The notes beneath the pieces were generated by a model. It was not told where the DNA came from and did no database searches. It worked only from the letters and a program-made list of their open reading frames with translations. Of a stretch of DNA of 64,000 nt, positions 57,962-64,000 are shown in pieces. This stretch comes from an uncultured Candidatus Saccharibacteria bacterium (GTDB lineage Bacteria; Patescibacteriota; Saccharimonadia; Saccharimonadales; Saccharimonadaceae): contig CAKUZG010000001.1 of the NCBI GenBank assembly GCA_934717805.1, positions 2,806 to 66,805 on the forward strand. Reading direction: 5' to 3'. The position numbers were made by a program, and so were the translations under genes. The first letter of the stretch is position 1. Every line of letters starts with the position of its first letter.

Positions 57962-58059
57962 ATCGCTAGACTAATACAATTTTATCAAACTTCAATAATA
58001 AAATCAAGGGCTTTTTTAGTTTATTTTTTAAAAAGTTTGTGCTATAATATTAAGCATAT

Positions 58060-58135
58060 GCCGATGTAGCTCAGTTGGTAGAGCAACGCACTCGTAACGC
58101 GTAGGTCAGCAGTTCAATCCTGCTCATCGGCTCCA
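58060..58135 (+). tRNA. tRNA-Thr (anticodon CGT), CCA encoded
   Basis: GCCGATG...CATCGGC-T-CCA, anticodon loop CTCGTAA, T-loop AGTTCAATCC. Extended -10 TGTGCTATAAT upstream. Confidence 0.9.
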
Positions 58136-58152
58136 AATAATTTTTTATTCTT

Positions 58153-58524
58153 ATGAAAACAATAACTAATCTATTTAAACCAATTATAAAAGATCGCCGA
58201 ATGTTATTAGCAATGGTTTCGGTGTTTTTAGCAGGAATTATATTTTTCATTTTCATGATTTTAAATGTAAAATCATACGATTATCTATTAAATGTTCGAT
58301 ATACCGTTTTTGGTACCAGTGAATTTTATAAAGATTCTTGGGTTTATCGTATTATTTTAGCTGTTTTTGGCTTGATTGTTGCTTTTGTTCATAATATTTT
58401 AATCGCAAAAGTTTATAATATTTCTGGTCGTCGTGTTGCTGTTGTTTTTGCAGTTTTAAGCGTTGTTTTAATGATTGTTAGCTTATTCGTTATTGGTGCT
58501 TCAATTCGAGAGATTCCAAACTAA
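58153..58524 (+). CDS. small 4-TM membrane protein
   Basis: 123 aa, hydrophobic. Stop overlaps the next start (TAATG). Confidence 0.55.
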   Translation: MKTITNLFKPIIKDRRMLLAMVSVFLAGIIFFIFMILNVKSYDYLLNVRYTVFGTSEFYKDSWVYRIILAVFGLIVAFVHNILIAKVYNISGRRVAVVFAVLSVVLMIVSLFVIGASIREIPN

Positions 58525-60218
58525 TGAAAAAACAAAAGATCGATATCGAAATCCCACTTGGAAAGCGAACTTTAAAGTATCGCTTTTTCGAGATTTTACC
58601 AGCATTTTTAAGTTTTGGCGCAATTATTTTAATGTTCATACTTTCGTTCTTTTCACCTTTTTTGGCCTCAGTTTATCTTTTAACGATTATTACAACTCTT
58701 CTTATTAAAGCGATTGGAATTGCTTATCGAATGATAACAGGGCATATACAGATTGAAAAAGCTCAAAAAGTTAATTGGAATAAGCGACTTTCTGAACTAG
58801 AAAATCCTAAAAAAGCGCTTGAGAAGATAAAAAATCAGGAAAAAAGTAAGGAATACGATTTTAAACAGCATGTTCAAAATTTGCATGATATTATAGATAG
58901 ACCAGAAGCTTTTCCAGATCCTTTCTCGGTAAAAAATGCCGTGATTATTGCCGCTTATAACGAACCTTATGAAGTGATTCAACCAACAATTAAATCTGTT
59001 TTAGCTTCAAATTATGATGCTAAAAATCTTTTAATTTTCTTGGCCTATGAGGAACGCGGCGGTGAAGGTATTGAAAAAACTGCAATTCGGCTCAAAAAAG
59101 AGTTTTCGAAAAGTTTTGGCGCTTTCGAAATTGTAAAACACCCAAAAAATCTACCAAATGAAGTTGTTGGAAAAGGTGGAAATATCACTTTTGCTGGCCG
59201 AGCATTGCAAAAATATTGTGAAGATAATAAAATTCCTTTCGAAAATGTACTAGTTACAACTTTAGATAGCGATAACAAACCTCATAAAGAATATTTTGCT
59301 GCTGCAACCTATGAATTTGTTGTTCATGAAGATCGCAAAAAGTTATCATATCAGCCAGTTTCGTTATTTTTGAATAATATTTGGGATGTTCCAGCGCCAA
59401 TGCGCGTGGTTGCAACTGGTAATTCATTTTGGAATATTGTTTCAACGATGCGGCCGCACCTTTTGCGAAATTTCGCTTCACACTCTCAACCGTTAGATGC
59501 TTTGGTTGAAATGGATTTTTGGTCAACTCGCACAATTGTTGAAGATGGACATCAATTCTGGCGCAGTTATTTCCACTTTAATGGTGATTATTATGTTGTG
59601 CCGATTCGCGTGCCAATCTATCAAGATGCGGTTTTGAGCGAAACTTTACTAAAAACACTTAAAGCTCAATTTATTCAACTTCGTCGTTGGATGTATGGCG
59701 CAAGTGATATTCCTTACGTTGCGAATTTATATTTTTCAAAAAATCGAAATGTTCCACTCATTGATGGCCTAATGAAATTAATCCGATTAATTGATGGTCA
59801 CGTAACAGCTGTGTTTCAATCACCAATGGCAGCTTTTGGCGGTTGGGTTCCGTTGATTGTTTATGCGGCATCATCTCGCAGTGTGATTGTTCACCAATTA
59901 CCGAATGTTATCAGTACACTTCAACAAATTGCAACAATTGGTATTTTTATCACAATTTTAATTAGCTTAAAGATGCTACCACCACGTCCAGAACGATATA
60001 AAAAACGTCGTTCTTTCTGGATGGTTGCGCAGTGGATCTATATGCCTGTAACTTCAATCTGTTATAATGCGGCAGCTGCAGCGTATTCACAAACCCGATT
60101 AGCACTTGGTAAATATCTTGATAAATTTGATGTTACCGAGAAGGGGCGAATTGAAGATGTTGAACGCGCCAAGGCGGAAAAAGCTAAAAAGCGAGCATTG
60201 AAAAAGCAAAAAAAATAA
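58524..60218 (+). CDS. membrane-embedded family-2 glycosyltransferase (processive, cellulose/chitin-synthase-like)
   Basis: IIAAYNEP, TTLDSDN (DxD) and QLRRW (QxxRW) motifs, flanked by TM helices. Confidence 0.8.
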   Translation: MKKQKIDIEIPLGKRTLKYRFFEILPAFLSFGAIILMFILSFFSPFLASVYLLTIITTLLIKAIGIAYRMITGHIQIEKAQKVNWNKRLSELENPKKALEKIKNQEKSKEYDFKQHVQNLHDIIDRPEAFPDPFSVKNAVIIAAYNEPYEVIQPTIKSVLASNYDAKNLLIFLAYEERGGEGIEKTAIRLKKEFSKSFGAFEIVKHPKNLPNEVVGKGGNITFAGRALQKYCEDNKIPFENVLVTTLDSDNKPHKEYFAAATYEFVVHEDRKKLSYQPVSLFLNNIWDVPAPMRVVATGNSFWNIVSTMRPHLLRNFASHSQPLDALVEMDFWSTRTIVEDGHQFWRSYFHFNGDYYVVPIRVPIYQDAVLSETLLKTLKAQFIQLRRWMYGASDIPYVANLYFSKNRNVPLIDGLMKLIRLIDGHVTAVFQSPMAAFGGWVPLIVYAASSRSVIVHQLPNVISTLQQIATIGIFITILISLKMLPPRPERYKKRRSFWMVAQWIYMPVTSICYNAAAAAYSQTRLALGKYLDKFDVTEKGRIEDVERAKAEKAKKRALKKQKK

Positions 60219-60243
60219 GCACTCTGAAAAGGGTGTTTTATTT

Positions 60244-60455
60244 TTGACTTTGGAATTTAAATTTATAAAATTTAAAAGCGGCCATTTTGACCGCCTAACG
60301 TAGGGACATTTGTAAGATTTTATTAAACCTTACCAAAAAATGCGTCGTTGTTTGGGTAACGAAAAGAAGAGGTAGAGAACCTAACAGATGAATTTCCGAT
60401 TTTTTACGCCCAAACCTGGTTGAACTTTTTCCGCAGTTCAACCTCGTTTTTTTAT
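60244..60455 (+). ncRNA. candidate small RNA unit 1 (promoter to terminator, about 175 nt)
   Basis: TTGACT (60244-60249), 16-nt spacer, TAAAAT (60266-60271). Internal helices include GTTTGGG/CCCAAAC. Strong terminator GGTTGAAC-N10-GTTCAACC (60418-60443) plus a T-run. Only 11-codon ORFs inside. Confidence 0.4.
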
Positions 60456-60756
60456 TTTAATGCTTTTTATGTAAAAATTCAAGTGTAACCACAATGACAC
60501 TCACTTTTTAAAGATTAAAATTTTGTTCGCTTTTGGTAAAAAATACATTTTTATAATTAAAACATTTCACGCGAAAGTCAAATAAAAGGAGGCGAACAAA
60601 CTTAAAGCAAATATATCACCAGATAAATAAAAATTTTCAAAAGTTAAAAACTATCTTGTGGAAAAGATTTTAGAAAATGTGCAAAACTAAAAACACTACA
60701 ACGCTATATATGGGGAAGAGAAAAATAACAGAAGCTATAAATCTCTTTGTATTTTT

Positions 60757-60950
60757 TTGCAAAAAAGTGAGCTTTTTGATATAATTAAAGTGTCTCAAAA
60801 ATTAAGTATTAAAAGCATTTCGGAAAGTGCATTTTTTTCGCATAGTTAAAGCCCTTGAAGTAGGGCGCCTTAGCGAGAAAAATTTATTTTAGGGTTTGAC
60901 CCGAAATGCGTAAGAATTTTTGAGACACTCGTTCGGGTGTCCTATTTTTA
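60757..60950 (+). ncRNA. candidate rod-like structured RNA, or structured 5' leader of the methyltransferase operon
   Basis: TTGCAA (60757-60762), 17-nt spacer, TATAAT (60780-60785). Nested helices pair 60790-60803 with 60915-60928 (14 bp), 60815-60823 with 60901-60909 (9 bp), 60832-60841 with 60873-60882 (10 bp), and 60851-60854 with 60863-60866. GACAC (60924-60928) can instead pair with GTGTC (60937-60941) before a T-run. Confidence 0.55.
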
Positions 60951-60992
60951 TTTCTTGCGCATTTTTATCTTTTCGGAAAGAAAGGATTTTTC

Positions 60993-62117
60993 GTGGCGAA
61001 TAAAAATTTACATAACGCCAAAGAATCAAAAAACGATGAATTTTACACACAACTTGAAGATATCGAAAAGGAGCTTTCGCACTACCGCCACCATTTTGAA
61101 GGTAAGGTAATTTTTTGCAACTGTGACGACCCTTATGAGAGTAACTTTTTCAAGTATTTTGTGCTAAATTTTAACACTTTAAAACTCAAAAAACTAATTG
61201 CCACCAGCTATATTGCTTCGCCCGTAGCTTTCAAAGAATTGCCGGCTAAAAAGGGAAATTCATCTTTTGAAGATTTACTCAAGCCTTATAAAATCGAAAT
61301 TGATGAAGTCTATGACCAAAATGGCGATGGTGCGATTAACTTACAAGATGTGAAAGAGATTTTAGAAAAAGCCGAAAAGGGTGGCAAAATGACAAGGCTA
61401 ACTGGTGATGGTGATTTTCGAAGTAGCGAGAGCAAAGAGTTGCTCAAGCAGGCCGATATTGTGGTGACCAACCCGCCGTTTTCGCTGTTTCGTGAATATG
61501 TGGCGCAATTGATTGAATTTAATAAAAAGTTTATTATTTTGGGGAATAATAACGCGATAACTTATAAAGAGATTTTTCCATTAATTAAAAATGGTAAAAT
61601 GTGGCTTGGTTATAGCGCAAATAAAACGATGACTTTTCGTTTGAGCAATCACTACAAACGCTGGAATTATATTGACGAAAATGGTAATAAATATGGCAAT
61701 GTGCCAGCAATTACTTGGTATACAAATTTAGATATTAAAAAACGCCACGAAGAACTGATTTTGGTAAAGAAATATAATCCACTTGATTACCCAAAATATG
61801 ATAATTACGACGCGATTGAAGTTTCGAAAGTGAAAGATATCCCTAAAGATTATGACGGCGTGATGGGTGTGCCAATAACTTTTTTCGATAAGTTCAATCC
61901 TGATCAATTTGAGGTTGTAGGACAAGGACAGGGAAATCTTTTTAGACAAATTTCAGATAAGGGACTTAGGGCTTCGTTTGTTGATAGCTATTATAAATTT
62001 GGTGGAAAAGGAGCTATAAAAGAAAATCACCCAGTTTTAGGATATTATAACAATAATGGTAAGCCTATTATTCCATATATGAGAATTTTAATCAAAAACA
62101 AGAAAGTAGAAAGGTAA
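60993..62117 (+). CDS. N6-adenine DNA methyltransferase, EcoRI-methylase-like family
   Basis: N-terminal SKNDEFYTQ...NCDDP...SNFFKYF and catalytic VTNPPF motif. GTG start after AAAGG. Family assignment is from memory of M.EcoRI-like sequences. Confidence 0.8.
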   Translation: MANKNLHNAKESKNDEFYTQLEDIEKELSHYRHHFEGKVIFCNCDDPYESNFFKYFVLNFNTLKLKKLIATSYIASPVAFKELPAKKGNSSFEDLLKPYKIEIDEVYDQNGDGAINLQDVKEILEKAEKGGKMTRLTGDGDFRSSESKELLKQADIVVTNPPFSLFREYVAQLIEFNKKFIILGNNNAITYKEIFPLIKNGKMWLGYSANKTMTFRLSNHYKRWNYIDENGNKYGNVPAITWYTNLDIKKRHEELILVKKYNPLDYPKYDNYDAIEVSKVKDIPKDYDGVMGVPITFFDKFNPDQFEVVGQGQGNLFRQISDKGLRASFVDSYYKFGGKGAIKENHPVLGYYNNNGKPIIPYMRILIKNKKVER

Positions 62118-62121
62118 AGCG

Positions 62122-63210
62122 ATGAAAATTGAGCTACACAAAATTAAAATAAAAGAGCTGTTTGCTGGTTTCGAAAATGATGAAGAAGCTGGTGTGGTGG
62201 GCTTTGATGGCAAGTTGAATATTCGCCCACCGTATCAGCGAGAGTTTGTTTATAAAGATGATCAACAGCGAGAAGTGATTCGCACTATTCGAAAAGGTTT
62301 TCCGCTCAATATTATGTATTGGTCAAAGAACAGTGATGGCACTTTTGAGCTTTTGGATGGGCAACAGCGCACGATGTCGATTTGTAAATATTTGAATGGT
62401 GATTTTAGTGTTGATGGTGCTTATTTTAATAATTTAACGCTTGAAGAACAAAAGCAAATTGAAGAATACGGGTTGATGATTTATTTTTGCGAAGGTGAAA
62501 CGCGCGAAAAACTAGATTGGTTCAAAATTGTGAACATTGCGGGCGAAGAACTAACGCCACAAGAGTTGAGAAATTCAGTTTATACGGGAAGTTGGTTGGT
62601 TGACGCTAAGCGATATTTTAGTAAAAGTGGTTGTCCTGCACAAGATGGTTATAATAATTATTTGAACAAGAGTTATCTTCGCCAAGAGGTTTTGGAAACT
62701 GTTTTGAAGTGGATTTCTGGCGGAAATATCGAGAACTATATGGGAATCCACCAGCATGACGCAAACGCGAAAGAGCTTTGGCGATATTTTGAAGATGTTA
62801 TGGAATGGGTACAGGCTGTTTTTCCAAATTATCGCAAAGAAATGAAAGGTTTGCCGTGGGGTGAATTTTATAACGAATTCAAAGATCAAGGTTTCGAAAA
62901 GATTGGTGAAGAAAATGAACGGCGGGTTTCGGAACTCTATAAAGATAATGAAGTTACCAAGAAAAGCGGGATTTATCAATATATTCTAACGGATAACGAG
63001 AAATATTTGAGCTTGCGAGCTTTTGATGATGATATTAAAAGTCAAGTTTATGAACAGCAAAAGGGAATTTGCCCAATTTGTCATAAGCACTACGCAATTG
63101 AAGAAATGGAAGCTGATCATATCAACCCATGGAGTAAAGGTGGAAAAACGGTGGCCGAAAACTGCCAAATGCTTTGCAAAAAAGATAATCGCGAGAAGAG
63201 TGATAAGTAA
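62122..63210 (+). CDS. DUF262 (ParB/Srx-like, GmrSD N-terminal type) domain fused to a C-terminal HNH nuclease
   Basis: PPYQREFVY and LLDGQQR motifs (DUF262). C-terminal CPIC...ADHINPWSKGG...NCQMLCKKDN (zinc-finger HNH). Starts 4 nt after the MTase stop. Confidence 0.8.
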   Translation: MKIELHKIKIKELFAGFENDEEAGVVGFDGKLNIRPPYQREFVYKDDQQREVIRTIRKGFPLNIMYWSKNSDGTFELLDGQQRTMSICKYLNGDFSVDGAYFNNLTLEEQKQIEEYGLMIYFCEGETREKLDWFKIVNIAGEELTPQELRNSVYTGSWLVDAKRYFSKSGCPAQDGYNNYLNKSYLRQEVLETVLKWISGGNIENYMGIHQHDANAKELWRYFEDVMEWVQAVFPNYRKEMKGLPWGEFYNEFKDQGFEKIGEENERRVSELYKDNEVTKKSGIYQYILTDNEKYLSLRAFDDDIKSQVYEQQKGICPICHKHYAIEEMEADHINPWSKGGKTVAENCQMLCKKDNREKSDK

Positions 63211-63226
63211 TTTTTATAAAACTAAA

Positions 63227-63253
63227 ATACCGCATAATAAGTGCGGTATTTTA
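63227..63253 (+). terminator. rho-independent terminator
   Basis: ATACCGCA-loop-TGCGGTAT followed by TTTT. Confidence 0.8.
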
Positions 63254-63311
63254 TAAGATGATTATAAAACAACAATATTACACATAACTAAAGGTGTAAA
63301 TGATGTAAAAG

Positions 63312-63388
63312 TGGTGGGCGATAGAGGACTCGAACCTCTGACTTTCACAACGTCAATGTGACGCTCTAGCCAACTGAGCTAATCGCCC
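63312..63388 (-). tRNA. tRNA-Val (anticodon GAC), CCA encoded
   Basis: Reverse complement reads GGGCGAT...ATCGCCC-A-CCA. Anticodon loop TTGACGT, T-loop GGTTCGAGTCC. Confidence 0.9.
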
Positions 63389-63477
63389 GTGGTTTTATTT
63401 TAGCAAAACTTGCAAGAAAAGTCTAGTGGTGATAAAATAAAAGGTAGTTAAAAATATTATTTTCGAAAGGAATCTAA

Positions 63478-64000
63478 GTGGAGAGTAAAGAGGAAAAACT
63501 TTTTAAAATGCGCCACAGCCTTGCACATATTATGGCGGCGGCAATTCAACGAATCTACCCAGATGCGAAGTTTGGTGTTGGTCCGGCTATTAATGATGGA
63601 TTTTATTATGATATTGATTTAGGTGATAATAAAATCTCAGAAAATAATTTTGGTAAAATTGAAAAAGCAATGCGTCGAATTATTGCCGAAAATCAAGATT
63701 TTGTGCGAAGCGAAGTTTCAATTGAAGATGCAATTAATTGGGCGAAAGAAAATAATCAGCCTTATAAATTAGAACTTTTGAATGATTTGAAAAATGCAGG
63801 AACAACTAACGCAAAAATTCTTGCTGAGGGTGATTTTGAACTCGGAAATGGTGCAGAAACAGTAAGTTTTTATACAAACGGAAATTACAAAGATTTGTGT
63901 CGTGGTCCACACCTTTCGAACACTGGCGAAGTTGGTGCTTTTAAATTGATGCGTGTAGCCGGTGCTTATTGGCGTGGTGATGAAAAAAATCCACAAATGC
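63478..64000 (+). CDS. thrS: threonyl-tRNA synthetase, 5' part (runs off the window; apparently lacks the TGS/N1 region)
   Basis: RHSLAHIMAAAI (HxxxH editing/SAD motif), CRGPHL, FKLMRVAGAYWRGDEKN. GTG at 63478 follows AAAGGA; an ATG at 63508 is an alternative start. Confidence 0.85.
   Translation, partial: MESKEEKLFKMRHSLAHIMAAAIQRIYPDAKFGVGPAINDGFYYDIDLGDNKISENNFGKIEKAMRRIIAENQDFVRSEVSIEDAINWAKENNQPYKLELLNDLKNAGTTNAKILAEGDFELGNGAETVSFYTNGNYKDLCRGPHLSNTGEVGAFKLMRVAGAYWRGDEKNPQM

Noticed and set aside
1-64000. CRISPR arrays, rRNA genes, IS elements or transposases, reverse transcriptases (retron/DGR), toxin-antitoxin pairs.
   Set aside because: No regularly spaced direct repeats, no rRNA-like sequence, and no transposase, integrase or RT motifs in any ORF. 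The only recombinase is a Xer-type housekeeping enzyme.

Overview
AT-rich (roughly 36-38% GC by eye), gene-dense chromosomal segment. The content fits a small-genome, Gram-positive-type or CPR (Saccharibacteria-like) bacterium; that taxonomic call is inference from gene content only. Most of the window is housekeeping: murE, rlmH, pnp, rpsO, valS, a FemAB-family gene, tsaD, rpsT, truB, orn, dnaG-rpoD, mutM, holA, ftsK, rpsF-ssb-rpsR, efp, tlyA, ychF, ndk and the start of thrS. There are 11 tRNA genes and a complete 10-kb type IV pilus block (pilM-N-O-like, pilB, pilT, pilC, pilD, three prepilins). I saw no rRNA, CRISPR array, transposase or phage integrase; the only recombinase is Xer-type.

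Hunt results:
(1) The palindrome TTCGAA (mostly TTTCGAAA) occurs about 190 times by hand count, against roughly 20-25 expected. It appears in all codon phases and in intergenic DNA.
(2) Three 2-3 kb tracts lack the motif and coincide with accessory-looking content. One is a tRNA-Gln/tRNA-His islet around a 400-nt ORF-free GC-rich structured spacer.
(3) At the right end, next to the tRNA-Val 3' end, sits an EcoRI-family adenine methyltransferase plus a DUF262(ParB-like)-HNH nuclease. It is preceded by a 775-bp ORF-free region with two promoter-to-terminator RNA units, one a roughly 140-nt rod-like RNA whose closing helix competes with a terminator.
(4) A duplicated promoter and 5' leader module precedes pnp and the adjacent ASCH gene.
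(5) A GC-rich promoter-to-terminator unit at 30.6-31.0 kb shares a 20-nt 5' block with the leader of an orphan gene at 11.3 kb.
(6) Two tandem paralogues have a covarying leader hairpin.

All counts are manual and all family calls are from motif recognition, not database searches.
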